Positions 23,408 through 34,359 of a stretch of 64,000 nt of DNA are shown here, in pieces; positions within the stretch are counted from its first letter, which is position 1; every line of letters begins with the position of its first letter. Origin of the DNA: Pseudomonadota bacterium (GTDB lineage Bacteria > Pseudomonadota > Gammaproteobacteria > Burkholderiales > Burkholderiaceae_C); NCBI GenBank assembly GCA_041172085.1, contig JBEDKQ010000002.1:2672-66671 (forward strand), read 5' to 3'. The notes beneath the pieces were generated by a model. That model was not told where the DNA came from, did no database searches, and saw nothing but the letters and a program-made list of their open reading frames with translations. Both the position numbers and the translations under genes were made by a program.

Positions 23408-25162
23408 TTAAGAAATAAGTTTGATGCTGCCTGGCACAATTTTGGCGCCGAAGTCTTGCACCATGGCTTGGACCAGCGGGTCCGAGTGAATCAGCGCTTC
23501 AGCTGCTTTTTGCTTTTCTGCCAAGGCAGCCGCGTTTCTTTGTGCGGGCGAATCGGATACTTTACCAATTTCAACGACCAATTTCACTGCATGGCCTGCT
23601 TCAAGCAAGGCTGTTTGCAATCGCTCGCGCGCAACGCCTTGATTGAGTGATTCGCTTTCAATTCGCAAGTGCCACTGATCGGTATCACGTGCGATCAGCT
23701 GAGACTGCAATGCAAACTCTCTGACCAACGCATTGATGGCATCTGCGCTGATCAATTGACGAACTGTGTGGGTCCAAAAGTCGCCTTCTTCAGTGGCCAC
23801 CAAGGTACGGGGGGCGGTTCTTTCAGTGGGCTCACTGGCTTGCCGAACTTGCAAAGTTTGCACTTGTGGCGTTGGGACCGCTGAGGGAATTTCTGTGTCT
23901 GGCTCAGCCGGAGGCTGCAGTTGCGTAGCCTTGGGCGCAGATTGACGGGCCACTCGCTCGACTGACTCGGCACGATGCGCAGGCTCAATCCTGGGAGTCT
24001 GCGCTGTTGTTAGAGTTTTTTTTTCAGCCGAAGGAAGAGTGCCCGATGCTGCATGGGCTGGTTTGGGTTTAAAAGCCAACAATCGCAACAAGACCATGGT
24101 CAATGCGGCGTATTCATCGGGTGCCAAACCCAGTTCGCCCCGGCCGTGCAAGCACATGCTGTAAAGCAATTGTGTTTCATCGGCTGGCATGGCTTGCGAC
24201 AAACGCACCAACTCAAGGTGGTCAGGATCGTCAGATTCAGAAGCAGTTTGCGGTACCGCTTGCAGAACAGCCATTCTTTGCAGCGCAACAGACATGTCTT
24301 CCAAAGCGGAAGCCGCCGACAAACCATTGACTCGCAATGTCTCAGAGATGCGCACCACCTCAGCACCATTGGCACGAGCCAAAGCATCAATCAAGCCCAG
24401 CACATGACTTTGGTCAACACTGCCCAACATCAGCCGAACTGTGGCCTCTTGCAATTGACCACTGCCAAATGCAATGGCTTGGTCCGTTAAGCTAAGTGCA
24501 TCTCGCATAGAACCGCGAGCAGCTCGCGCCAAGAGTCTGAGTGCCATGGGTTCGGCAGGCAAATTCTCTTGCACCAGCACTTTGGTCAAATGCTCATAGA
24601 CGGTTTCAGGCGCCATGGGCCGCAAATTGAATTGCAAGCAACGCGACAACACAGTAACAGGTACTTTTTGTGGATCGGTGGTGGCCAGTACAAACTTTAA
24701 ATACTCTGGCGGCTCTTCCAAGGTTTTCAACATGGCATTGAAAGCCGTGTTGGTGAGCATGTGAACCTCGTCAATCATGAACACTTTAAAGCGGCCTTGC
24801 ACGGGTTTGTAAACCGCTTGCTCTAACAAACTTTGCACTTCGTCCACACCCCGATTGGACGCTGCGTCCAATTCGGTGTAATCGACAAATCGACCAGCAT
24901 CAATGTCTTGGCAGGCCTGACACACGCCGCATGGCTCAGCAGTAATGCCGCCTTGGCCATCAATGCCTTGGCAATTGAGGGATTTGGCCAAAATTCTAGA
25001 AACGGTGGTTTTGCCAACGCCTCGGGTGCCCGTGAACAAATAAGCGTGATGCAACCTTTGTTGAATCAGGGCATTGGTCAGCGCTTGCACCACGTGCTCT
25101 TGCCCCACCATTTCGGTGAAGTTGCGAGGACGGTATTTTCGTGCAAGAACTAAATAAGACAT
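23408..25162 (-). CDS. dnaX: DNA polymerase III subunit gamma/tau
   Basis: [25 protein letters not shown] motif. Confidence 0.96.
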   Translation of the reverse strand: MSYLVLARKYRPRNFTEMVGQEHVVQALTNALIQQRLHHAYLFTGTRGVGKTTVSRILAKSLNCQGIDGQGGITAEPCGVCQACQDIDAGRFVDYTELDAASNRGVDEVQSLLEQAVYKPVQGRFKVFMIDEVHMLTNTAFNAMLKTLEEPPEYLKFVLATTDPQKVPVTVLSRCLQFNLRPMAPETVYEHLTKVLVQENLPAEPMALRLLARAARGSMRDALSLTDQAIAFGSGQLQEATVRLMLGSVDQSHVLGLIDALARANGAEVVRISETLRVNGLSAASALEDMSVALQRMAVLQAVPQTASESDDPDHLELVRLSQAMPADETQLLYSMCLHGRGELGLAPDEYAALTMVLLRLLAFKPKPAHAASGTLPSAEKKTLTTAQTPRIEPAHRAESVERVARQSAPKATQLQPPAEPDTEIPSAVPTPQVQTLQVRQASEPTERTAPRTLVATEEGDFWTHTVRQLISADAINALVREFALQSQLIARDTDQWHLRIESESLNQGVARERLQTALLEAGHAVKLVVEIGKVSDSPAQRNAAALAEKQKAAEALIHSDPLVQAMVQDFGAKIVPGSIKLIS

Positions 25163-25196
25163 GTGCTGATTCTATCGGTGTCTTACAATAACACCC

Positions 25197-25290
25197 GACG
25201 GGCCTTCCCGCATGGTAAAGCGGCCAACCGAGTCAGGTGGGGAACCAAGCAGCTCTAACTGTGGCGCCAGTGCCGGGGTCAAGGCTCGTC
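25197..25290 (+). ncRNA. ffs: SRP 4.5S RNA
   Basis: GACGGGCCTT...AAGGCTCGTC closing stem; TCAGGT-GGGAA-CC-AAGCAGC helix-8 motif; TACAAT -10 at 25184-25189; divergent from dnaX. Confidence 0.88.
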
Positions 25291-26553
25291 TAGCAAATAG
25301 CCACCTGTTGGGGCTTCCCAATCCAACATTTCACCTGCACAAAACACACCGGGTAAAGCTTTGACTTCAAGGCCAGGCCCCATGCCATCCCACGCCACGC
25401 CACCCGCCGAACTGATGGCCTCATCAATAGGCCTGGTGGCAGACACCTTCACGTGCAAGGCTTTGATGGCCCGGGCCAGCTTCAATGGGTCATGCAGTTC
25501 TTCAGTCGTTAACAATTCATTGAGCAGACCCATTTTCACGCCCTCTAGACCCAAGCGGCTTTTTAAATGCGACGACAAACTGCGAGTGCCCCTTGGGTGC
25601 GAAACCTCTTTGATGACCTGATCCAATGCGCGGTCTGGCACCAAATCCAATTGAAATTGTGCTTGACCCTGTTGCTTGATTTGCTCTCGCAAATCGGCAG
25701 AGGCGGTGTAAATCAAACTACCCTCTACACCATAGTTGGTGGCCACGAATTCGCCCTGCCGTCTGAGCGTCTCGCCGGCTTGGGCTTGCCATGTCAGCGC
25801 CACAGATTTCAGGGGATGTCCTGCAAAACGCGATTCAAAGAAGGGCGTCCAGCCCGCCCCGGTGCGACCTGCCACATGAAAGCCACAGTTGGATGCTACT
25901 AAAGGGTTAACGGGCACCCCCCATCTTTCAAGCAAAGGAACCCAGGCCCCATCAGAGCCTAAGCGGGCCCAACTCCCTCCTCCTAAGGCCAAAATGACCC
26001 ACTTGGCTGCAACTTGACGGGGGTATTCGTGGCCAGAGGACACATCTAGAACTTGAAAGGTCAATGTGGTTTGAGCCAGCCTCCCATTTTGTTCTGAGTT
26101 CAGTGCCGTCAATTTGTGACGCATGTGAAATTGGACAGGCACCCCACTGATGGGGTGGCGCAAACGTTGTAACCAAGCTCGCAGCAATGGTGCCGCTTTC
26201 ATCTCTGTTGGGAAAATACGGCCAGAGGTGCCCACAAAAGTATCTATGCCCAGGCCATGGGCCCACGCTTGAAGTTCTTCGGCCCCCCAGGCTTGGAGCA
26301 CGGGCGCCAGTTGGTGGCGATGGGCGCCATAGCGACCCTCAAACAAATCAGTGGGTTCTGAATGTGTCAGGTTGAGACCGCCACGGCCTGCCAGAAGAAA
26401 TTTACGCCCAACAGAGGGCATGGCATCAAACAAATGGACAGCGTGTCCCCAACTCGACAAAAGTTCAGCGGCCATCAATCCGGCCGGCCCCCCGCCCACA
26501 ATGGCCACATCCGATGTGGTTAAAGCCAAGGGCACTGTTGTGTTTGAAGTCAT
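25279..26553 (-). pseudogene. HI0933/BaiN-family flavoprotein, C-terminally truncated
   Basis: [44 protein letters not shown]; the frame then runs into ffs antisense (DEP*) without the usual final helix. Confidence 0.65.
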
Positions 26554-26683
26554 GAAGCGCCTTAGGGCCAATAAATATGAAAAGATCGCCCTCTTGAATG
26601 AGCGGCTAATGGGTTTCTGTCAAAATACGAGCAGTTTTCAAAGGCACGTTCGTTGCAATTCACATTCAAACAAGGAAAAGGCC

Positions 26684-27016
26684 ATGGCCAGCGATTTGAT
26701 CAAACACACTTCTGATGCCACATTTGACGCTGACGTTATCAAGTCAGCCACACCTGTGGTGGTTGATTTCTGGGCTGAATGGTGTGGCCCTTGCAAAATG
26801 ATTGCCCCTATTTTGGACGATGTCGCAGGCGCCTACCAAGGCAAACTGCAAATCACTAAAATGAATGTCGATGAAAACCGCGACATCCCTGCCAAGTATG
26901 GCATTCGCGGCATTCCCACCCTGATGATTTTCAAAGACGGTCAATTGGCAGCCACCAAGGTGGGCGCCATGAGCAAAGCCCAATTGACAGCCTTCATTGA
27001 CCAGCAATTGGCCTGA
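26684..27016 (+). CDS. trxA: Thioredoxin
   Basis: [14 protein letters not shown]; upstream of rho. Confidence 0.96.
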   Translation: MASDLIKHTSDATFDADVIKSATPVVVDFWAEWCGPCKMIAPILDDVAGAYQGKLQITKMNVDENRDIPAKYGIRGIPTLMIFKDGQLAATKVGAMSKAQLTAFIDQQLA

Positions 27017-27272
27017 AGATTGACAAACCTTTAACAGGACGCGCCACCCAATGCGTCCTGTCCTGAAAATTCCTGTCATAATCCGCTCCGATGTCCCCCA
27101 AAAGGGGTTCATCACAGTTTCAAGATAGAAACTTTTAAAAAGCCCCCCGCGTCCGTTTATCCCCCTGACGCATCTTTTCAGGCTTTGGTTTCTAGACGTT
27201 TGAAATTTCGGTTTCTTCCTCCCCCAGATTTTTGACATCAACCCACCAGGGTTGCTTTACGCAGGTAAATCC

Positions 27273-28535
27273 ATGCACTTAAATGAACTCAAGGCACTCC
27301 ACGTGTCTGAAGTCCTCAAGCAGGCTGAAGCGCTTGAGATTGAAAACACGGGCCGCATGCGCAAACAAGAGTTGATGTTTGCCATCATCAAAAAGCGCGC
27401 GCGCGCTGGCGAACAAGTCTTCGCCGACGGCGTCTTAGAAATCTTGCCCGACGGCTTTGGTTTCTTGCGCAGCCCCGACACCAGCTACACGGCCAGCACT
27501 GACGACATCTACATCAGCCCCAGCCAAGTGCGCCGATTCAATCTGCACACCGGTGACATGATTGAAGGTGAAGTGCGCATCCCCAAAGACGGCGAGCGCT
27601 ACTTTGCCCTCACCAAGCTTGACAAGGTCAATGGCGATTTGCCAGAGAACAACAAGCACAAAATCATGTTTGAGAACTTGACCCCCTTGTTCCCTAACAT
27701 TCAAATGCGTCTTGAGCGTGACATCAAGGCTGAAGAAAACATCACCAGCCGTGTGATCGACATCATTGCCCCTATTGGCAAAGGCCAACGCGCCCTGATC
27801 GTGGCCCAGCCCAAGTCGGGCAAAACCGTCATGATGCAGCACATTGCGCATGCCATTACAGCCAACAACCCCGACGTTCATCTCATGGTTTTGCTGGTCG
27901 ACGAGCGCCCAGAAGAGGTGACTGAAATGCAGCGCACTGTGCGCGGCGAAGTGATTGCATCAACCTTTGACGAACCTGCCGCACGTCACGTGCACGTGGC
28001 CGAGATGGTCATCGAGCGCGCCAAGCGTTTGGTCGAACTCAAAAAAGACGTGGTCATCTTGCTTGACTCCATCACCCGCTTGGCACGCGCCTACAACAAC
28101 GTGGTGCCCAGTTCAGGCAAGGTCTTGACCGGTGGTGTCGACGCCAATGCGTTGCAGCGTCCCAAGCGTTTCTTTGGTGCTGCCCGCAATGTAGAAGAAG
28201 GCGGCAGTCTTACCATCATCGCGACGGCCTTGGTCGATACAGGAAGCCGCATGGACGAGGTGATCTTTGAAGAATTCAAAGGCACAGGCAATTGCGAGAT
28301 TCATTTGGAACGCCGCTTGTACGAGAAACGCGTGTTCCCTGCCATCAACTTGAACCGAAGCGGCACGCGTCGTGAAGAGATGTTGTTGCAACCCGAAGTG
28401 CTGCAAAAAACCCGAATCCTGCGCCAGTTCATGTACAACATGGACGAAATTGAGGCCATGGAAATGGTTCTCAAGAGCATGAAAGCAACCAAGAGCAATG
28501 TCGAATTCTTCGACATGATGCGTCGAGGCGGCTAA
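27273..28535 (+). CDS. rho: Transcription termination factor Rho
   Basis: [29 protein letters not shown]. Confidence 0.97.
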   Translation: MHLNELKALHVSEVLKQAEALEIENTGRMRKQELMFAIIKKRARAGEQVFADGVLEILPDGFGFLRSPDTSYTASTDDIYISPSQVRRFNLHTGDMIEGEVRIPKDGERYFALTKLDKVNGDLPENNKHKIMFENLTPLFPNIQMRLERDIKAEENITSRVIDIIAPIGKGQRALIVAQPKSGKTVMMQHIAHAITANNPDVHLMVLLVDERPEEVTEMQRTVRGEVIASTFDEPAARHVHVAEMVIERAKRLVELKKDVVILLDSITRLARAYNNVVPSSGKVLTGGVDANALQRPKRFFGAARNVEEGGSLTIIATALVDTGSRMDEVIFEEFKGTGNCEIHLERRLYEKRVFPAINLNRSGTRREEMLLQPEVLQKTRILRQFMYNMDEIEAMEMVLKSMKATKSNVEFFDMMRRGG

Positions 28536-28662
28536 AAAGTAGCCCCACTGCGCCTAAGTAGGCATGCAAGTCATTGATTTCATGCCATAATCTCGTTTTT
28601 CGCGAAAAGTACCCTGGAATGGTCCATGGGCGGCTGTCGCAACTGAACTCAAGGAAAAGACC

Positions 28663-28923
28663 ATGAAAGAAGGCATTCACCCCAACTACCGAGAAGTTTG
28701 CTTCTTGGATTTGTCAAACGGTTTCAAGTTCGTGACACGCTCTTGCGTTAACGCCAAAGAAATGGTGAAGATGGACGACGGCCGTGAGTTGCCTTTGTTC
28801 AAACTGGATACTTCCAGCGAATCACACCCCTTCTACACAGGTACACAAAAATCTGTGGACAACATGGGTGGCCGCGTTGAGAAATTCCGCAATCGTTTCG
28901 GTAAAACCACCATTACCAAGTAA
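28663..28923 (+). CDS. rpmE2: 50S ribosomal protein L31 type B
   Basis: [25 protein letters not shown]; 86 aa, no CxxC pairs. Confidence 0.92.
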   Translation: MKEGIHPNYREVCFLDLSNGFKFVTRSCVNAKEMVKMDDGRELPLFKLDTSSESHPFYTGTQKSVDNMGGRVEKFRNRFGKTTITK

Positions 28924-28952
28924 TTTCAAATTACGTCACTTTGTGACATCGC

Positions 28953-28988
28953 AGGGCAGCCCGGGCAACCGGCCTGCCCTTGTTTTTT
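28953..28988 (+). terminator. Intrinsic terminator after rpmE2
   Basis: AGGGCAG..CCGG-gcaa-CCGG..CTGCCCT followed by T-rich tail. Confidence 0.75.
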
Positions 28989-29028
28989 GGTCGTTGACAC
29001 GACTGACATCTCTGCTATCTTCTAAGCT

Positions 29029-30795
29029 GTGACATTCAACGCTTCAGATTCATCTTCCAATCCTGCCATCGTGGCTCAAAACGCTGTCAGGCGTTTACCG
29101 CGCTGGGTGCTGCTGACGTTTTGCTTGGCCTATGTATTGCCAGGATTTGTAGGAAGAACGCCTTGGAAAGCAGACGACATGGAAGCCTTTGGCTTCATGT
29201 TGCATTTGGCCCAGGCCATGGGGCCAGAGACTGTCTCTTGGCTCAAGCCTAGCTTGCTGGGGCAATCAGACATTCACGCGGCACTTTTGCCTTATTGGTT
29301 GGGTGCTTGGGCCATTCAAATCAGTCCCAATGTGATGCCCATTGACTTGGCAGCGCGTGTTCCTTTCATGGGCTTGTTGGCCATCACTTTGGGTGCCACT
29401 TGGTACGGTGTTTACGCCTTGGCGCGAACACCATCAGCCCAACCCGTAACCTTTGCATTTGGTGGCGAAGCTCGACCCGCCGATTACGCCAGAGCCATAG
29501 CAGATGGCGGCTTGTTGGCTTTGTTGGCGTGCCTGGGTCTGGCTCGTCTATCGCATGAAGCCACACCCGCACTGGCTCAGTTGTGCTTTTCAACGGTTTT
29601 ATTTTTTGCGCTGGCCAATCTGCCTCGCAAACGTGGTGGTGCTTGGATCAGTTCTGCCATTGCCATTGTGGGCCTTGCACTTTCAGGTGCCCCCGCATTG
29701 GCCATGATCTTGGGCGTGGGCGGCGCCATTGTCATGGCCCTTGATTCCAACAAACCCAGCGCATTGCGAGCAAGGCGCGTCGATGTTGCTTGGGTTTTGA
29801 TGATTTGTTTCGCTACAGCTGCACTTGTCAGCGCGCTAGGTCTTTGGCGTTGGCGCTTGGCCTATTCGCACATCTTTGACATTCAAGCCATGACGCGTCT
29901 GCTGTTGTGGTTTACGTGGCCAGCTTGGCCCTTGGCCATTTGGACACTCTGGCGCTGGCGATACCAACTGCGGCAACTTGCTGCCAATCCTCACCTCTCT
30001 TTGCCGCTTTGGTTTGTCACTGTTGCCATCTGTTCAACCTGGCTGTCAGGCTTAAGCGATCGCGCGTTGTTACTGGGTTTGCCCGCAATGGCTTCCCTTG
30101 CAGCGTTTGCATTGCCCACGCTACGGCGCAGTGTGAGTGCATTCATCGATTGGTTTACGCTGGTTTTTTTCAGTGCAGGCGCATTGATCATTTGGGTGGT
30201 TTGGATGTCCATGCAAACGGGTGTACCTGCTCAACCTGCGATCAATGTCTCGCGCTTGGCACCTGGTTTTGAACCCGTCTTTTCTGCAATCGCCTTGACT
30301 TTTGCCTTGTTGGCGACATTGATGTGGGCCAGTTTGGTCAAGTGGCGAGCAGGTCGCCATCGATCAGCCATGTGGAAAAGCATGGCCTTGCCTGCGGGGG
30401 GCGCTACTTTATGTTGGCTTTTGGTCATGACGCTGTGGTTGCCCGTGCTTAATTTTGCACGAAGCTACGAGCCCTTGGTTGTCAAAGTCCGCGGCATGAT
30501 GGGCGATGTTCAATGTGTTCACTACTATGGGCTGACGCGTGCGCAAGGTGCAGCTTTTGAGTACCACGGCAAATTAAAGCTATTGCCAATGCCCACCGCC
30601 TCTTCTGCTGCCGCCTCTTCCAACAATTCCGCCTGTGAATGGTTGATCGTCGACACCCAAGCCATCAACACGCTGGGCAAAGACTTGCCCATGTCAATGT
30701 GGCAGTACCAGAGCACTGTGCGCCGCCCATCTGACAACAACGAAGACATTGTTTTGTACAAAAAACAAACGCCGTCATCGGTTGCAAAACCTTGA
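29029..30795 (+). CDS. ArnT/GT-C-like polytopic membrane protein
   Basis: GRTPWK.DD, many TM helices, WFTWPAWP; family assignment is by recall of motifs. Confidence 0.6.
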   Translation: MTFNASDSSSNPAIVAQNAVRRLPRWVLLTFCLAYVLPGFVGRTPWKADDMEAFGFMLHLAQAMGPETVSWLKPSLLGQSDIHAALLPYWLGAWAIQISPNVMPIDLAARVPFMGLLAITLGATWYGVYALARTPSAQPVTFAFGGEARPADYARAIADGGLLALLACLGLARLSHEATPALAQLCFSTVLFFALANLPRKRGGAWISSAIAIVGLALSGAPALAMILGVGGAIVMALDSNKPSALRARRVDVAWVLMICFATAALVSALGLWRWRLAYSHIFDIQAMTRLLLWFTWPAWPLAIWTLWRWRYQLRQLAANPHLSLPLWFVTVAICSTWLSGLSDRALLLGLPAMASLAAFALPTLRRSVSAFIDWFTLVFFSAGALIIWVVWMSMQTGVPAQPAINVSRLAPGFEPVFSAIALTFALLATLMWASLVKWRAGRHRSAMWKSMALPAGGATLCWLLVMTLWLPVLNFARSYEPLVVKVRGMMGDVQCVHYYGLTRAQGAAFEYHGKLKLLPMPTASSAAASSNNSACEWLIVDTQAINTLGKDLPMSMWQYQSTVRRPSDNNEDIVLYKKQTPSSVAKP

Positions 30796-30809
30796 CCTTG
30801 GCATGTTGA

Positions 30810-32150
30810 ATGTTTGAAGCACGAACCATTGTTCGCCATGCGGGTACCGTCTTGGTTGGCCAATTGGCCGTGATGGCATTTGGCATTGCCGACACCCTCA
30901 TTGCGGGACGTTATGACGCTTCAGCATTGGCTGCGCTGTCGGTTGGTACGGCCATTTACATCAGCATCTATGTGGCATTGAATGGCTTGATGCAAGCGCT
31001 GTTACCCGTGTGGTCCGAATTGCGCGGTGCAGGACAAAAAGCTGCATTGGGCCGTTCGGTTCGTCAAGCTTTGTATTTGTGTTCAGCAGTCAGTTTGTTC
31101 GGCACGTTTGCACTTTTATGGCCCGACCCATGGCTCAATGCAACCCAAGTGCCAATGGAACTTCAAGCGAATGTCCGTGCCTATTTGCAAGTCTTGGCAG
31201 TCGCGTTGGCCCCCTCTTTGTTGTTTCGAATGTATGCCACCTTGAATCAAAGTTTGGGCAAGCCCTTGCGTGTCACGGCGCTTCAAATTGCAGCACTGTG
31301 CATCAAAATTCCTTTGTCCATTTGGTTCACCCTAGGCGGTTGGGGTCTAGAGGCACAAGGTGTGGTGGGCTGCGCTTGGGCCACCTTGGTGGTCAACACC
31401 TGGCTCATGCTGATGGGCATTCATTATTTACGCAGCGAAGCGCTTTATGCTGACTACAAAATTTGGCAGCCGCTAGAAGCTGTTCATTGGCCCACAATTC
31501 GGCAATTTCTCCATTTAGGCATTCCTTCTTCTCTTTCACTGATGGTGGAAGTGACAGCCTTCACCATGATGGCCTTGTTCATTTCGCGGCAAGGCGTGGT
31601 CGCAGCCGCCAGCCATCAAATTGCCACCAGTTTGGCAAGCCTCATGTACATGGTGCCATTGGCGCTGGGCATTGCTTGCAGTGCGCGTGTGGGTTTTTGG
31701 CTAGGCGCCAACCAAGCCAAGCTCGCAGAGCAAGCGGCTCACACGGGCTTGAAACTTTGTCTTGGCATGGCTTTGCTGTGCAGCGGCATGTTGGCATTGA
31801 ATCGCGAGCTTCTGGCCCATTTGTTTTCGGCCAATCCAGAGGTCGCTCTTGCAGCCAGTGGGGTGCTGGCATGGGTGGCCATTTATCACTGGGTGGATGC
31901 ACTTCAAGCTGTGTGCGCATTTATTTTGCGCTGCTACCGCATCACGCTGTTACCCTTGGCCATCTACGGCGTGATGTTGTGGGGCGTTGGCTTGGGTGGC
32001 GCTTACATTTGGGCCTATCAAGGCATGGGCAATTGGCCGGCCCGACCTGAGGTCAGTACCTTTTGGGCTGCAAGCAGTTTTGCATTGAGCATTGTGACTG
32101 TATTTTTTGTCTCGCTGGTCTTGTGGATTGCCAAACAGCGACGACTCTAA
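30810..32150 (+). CDS. MATE family efflux transporter
   Basis: GQLAVMAFG..DT..AGR, EVTAFT, AASHQI, DALQ. Confidence 0.9.
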   Translation: MFEARTIVRHAGTVLVGQLAVMAFGIADTLIAGRYDASALAALSVGTAIYISIYVALNGLMQALLPVWSELRGAGQKAALGRSVRQALYLCSAVSLFGTFALLWPDPWLNATQVPMELQANVRAYLQVLAVALAPSLLFRMYATLNQSLGKPLRVTALQIAALCIKIPLSIWFTLGGWGLEAQGVVGCAWATLVVNTWLMLMGIHYLRSEALYADYKIWQPLEAVHWPTIRQFLHLGIPSSLSLMVEVTAFTMMALFISRQGVVAAASHQIATSLASLMYMVPLALGIACSARVGFWLGANQAKLAEQAAHTGLKLCLGMALLCSGMLALNRELLAHLFSANPEVALAASGVLAWVAIYHWVDALQAVCAFILRCYRITLLPLAIYGVMLWGVGLGGAYIWAYQGMGNWPARPEVSTFWAASSFALSIVTVFFVSLVLWIAKQRRL

Positions 32151-32205
32151 TTTAGCCATATCATGACGTTTCTCATCAACCCTAGCCAGCAGACAAAGGT
32201 GCCCC

Positions 32206-32505
32206 ATGATTCTCGAACTTGCCGACATACGCATCACACCCGGACAACAACAAGCCTTTGAGGAAGCCATTGCACGGGGCTTGAAAACGGTGATCTCGCG
32301 CGCCAAGGGATTTCAAGGTGCCAAGGTCAATCGCGGCATCGAAAGTCCTGATCGCTTTGTCTTGCAAATATTTTGGGACACCTTGGAAGATCACACGGTG
32401 GGCTTTAGAGAGTCGCCCTTGTTTGCAGAATGGCGCGCTATTGTGGGCCCCTTCTTTGCAGCCCCCCCCGTGGTCGAGCACTTTGAATTGACTTACAAAA
32501 GTTAA
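32206..32505 (+). CDS. Antibiotic biosynthesis monooxygenase (ABM) domain protein
   Basis: MILELADI, W.TLEDH..GFR.S. Confidence 0.85.
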   Translation: MILELADIRITPGQQQAFEEAIARGLKTVISRAKGFQGAKVNRGIESPDRFVLQIFWDTLEDHTVGFRESPLFAEWRAIVGPFFAAPPVVEHFELTYKS

Positions 32506-32574
32506 GTTGGCTATAAGCGATGGGCTGTTGCTTGCAAGCAATCTGCCCATGCTGTGCTCAGCTTCGGCCTTGAA

Positions 32575-33021
32575 TTAGCCGTCAGACTTGCCTTCGTGGC
32601 CCGCTACCAACTTGGTCAGCAAGGTCATCAGCATTTGCGACTCTTCAGGGCTGAGGGGGGCCAGTATTTTTTCTTGCACCAAATCGACAGCACGCTTCAT
32701 TTGCAAAGTTGCTTCATGACCTGCGGGCGTTAACCACAAGAGTTTGCGTCGGCGATCGGCTTGGTCGGGTTCTCGCCGAACCCAAGCCTTGGCCTCTAAT
32801 CGACCGATCACGGAACCCGATGTGGCTGCATCAAACGCAACGCGATTGGCCAGCGTCACCTGATCCACGCCAGGCGTGTCCATGACGGCGTTTAAAAGTG
32901 CAAATTGCACAGGCGTGACATCTTCTTTCGCCAATTCGCTCATGAACAGCGCCACCGCAATTTGATGCGCGCGGCGTACCAAATGACCTGGCGCTTGTGC
33001 AAAATCAAAACTCTTGTTCAT
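32575..33021 (-). CDS. MarR family regulator
   Basis: PGHLVRR, TPVQFA, RLE..DRRR..L.LT..G. Confidence 0.9.
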   Translation of the reverse strand: MNKSFDFAQAPGHLVRRAHQIAVALFMSELAKEDVTPVQFALLNAVMDTPGVDQVTLANRVAFDAATSGSVIGRLEAKAWVRREPDQADRRRKLLWLTPAGHEATLQMKRAVDLVQEKILAPLSPEESQMLMTLLTKLVAGHEGKSDG

Positions 33022-33060
33022 AACGCTGTGATGGATTCCGTTGGACAGACATGTCTCTTA

Positions 33061-33074
33061 GTAAGTATACTTAC
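33061..33074. promoter_or_regulatory. Probable MarR operator
   Basis: Perfect 14-bp palindrome GTAAGTATACTTAC in the divergent intergenic region. Confidence 0.65.
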
Positions 33075-33115
33075 GAAAAGTAATTTGTGATCACTTTGAT
33101 TGAAAGGTTTCCCGC

Positions 33116-33823
33116 ATGAGCTTTGTTTTTGCCCCAACCGAAGTCGCTTCTGTCCCCATCTTGGGACAATCAGAGCGTTTTCCCGTTCGCCGTATTTATT
33201 GTGTCGGACGCAATTACGAGGAACATGCCAAAGAAATGGGTTTCACTGGCCGTGAACCACCCTTCTTTTTCTTGAAACCCGCAGACGCTTTGGTGGTGGT
33301 CAACGCTGGCGAAACCGGCCACATGGCCTATCCAAGCCTGACCAAAAACCTGCACCACGAAATTGAATTGGTTGTTGCCATTGGCACAGGTGGCCGAAAC
33401 ATCAAAGCAGCCGATGCCGAAAAACACATTTTTGGCTATGCCGTTGGTCTTGACATGACTCGCCGTGATCTTCAAAACGACATGAAAAAACAAGGTCGCC
33501 CTTGGTGCATAGGCAAAGCTTTTGACGAGTCAGCCCCCATCGGCCCCATCACGCCCAAAGCCCAAGCAGGCGATGTGAACAACGCAGCCCTCGACTTGTT
33601 GGTCAATGGCGAGGTCAAGCAAGTCAGCAATGTGTCCAAATTGATCTGGAACGTGGCTGAAACCATTGAGCATTTGTCTGCCGCATGGGAATTGCAACCA
33701 GGCGACTTGATTTACACAGGTACGCCAGAAGGTGTGGCGGCTGTGGTTGCGGGCGATACACTTGTGGGGCAAGTGGCAGGCTTAGGTACCTTGACTGTCA
33801 AAATCGATCCTGCTCACGCCTAA
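33116..33823 (+). CDS. Fumarylacetoacetate hydrolase family (fumarylpyruvate hydrolase-like)
   Basis: RRIYCVGRNY..HA.EMG, HHEIEL, DMTRRDLQ, TGTPEGV. Confidence 0.88.
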   Translation: MSFVFAPTEVASVPILGQSERFPVRRIYCVGRNYEEHAKEMGFTGREPPFFFLKPADALVVVNAGETGHMAYPSLTKNLHHEIELVVAIGTGGRNIKAADAEKHIFGYAVGLDMTRRDLQNDMKKQGRPWCIGKAFDESAPIGPITPKAQAGDVNNAALDLLVNGEVKQVSNVSKLIWNVAETIEHLSAAWELQPGDLIYTGTPEGVAAVVAGDTLVGQVAGLGTLTVKIDPAHA

Positions 33824-33870
33824 AGCGAGGCAACCAACGGGGCCCCATGCCCCGTTGTTAGGAAGACACA

Positions 33871-34359
33871 ATGAAAATTCTTGAATTACTGGCCAAGTTG
33901 TGCAGTGTGCTGTCTGGCATTTTGCTCACCTTCATCACACTCATGACCTGCTACAGCTTGATTGGCAGAAACACCACAGGTAACACCATTGTGGGTGACT
34001 TCGAACTGACAGGTGTGGCCACAGGTGCGGCCATCGCCTTGTTCATGCCCTTGTGTCAGCTCAAAAAAGCCAACATCATCGTGGACTTTTTCACAGCCAA
34101 GGCCAGCGAAAGCACCATCGTTCAATTGGATCGCCTAGGTGCTTTGTTCATGGCCGTGGCTTTCGGACTTTTGGCATGGCGCACCTACTTGGGAGGCATG
34201 AACGCGTGGGTCTCCCAATCGGGGTCCATGATGCTAGGGTTTCCCGAATGGATTGTTTACGCGGCCATGACGCCCCCGCTGGCCTTGAGCGCAGTCATTG
34301 CATTGGCGCAAACCATCATGGGTGACAAGTTTGTCGTTTCAGAAGGGGCGGCAGCATGA
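33871..34359 (+). CDS. TRAP transporter small permease
   Basis: About 4 TM helices, I.VDF motif; precedes the large permease. Confidence 0.85.
   Translation: MKILELLAKLCSVLSGILLTFITLMTCYSLIGRNTTGNTIVGDFELTGVATGAAIALFMPLCQLKKANIIVDFFTAKASESTIVQLDRLGALFMAVAFGLLAWRTYLGGMNAWVSQSGSMMLGFPEWIVYAAMTPPLALSAVIALAQTIMGDKFVVSEGAAA

Noticed and set aside
26351-26683. Long N-terminal extension of trxA in the ORF track
   Set aside because: Overlaps the flavoprotein gene antisense; an AAGGA SD supports ATG 26684
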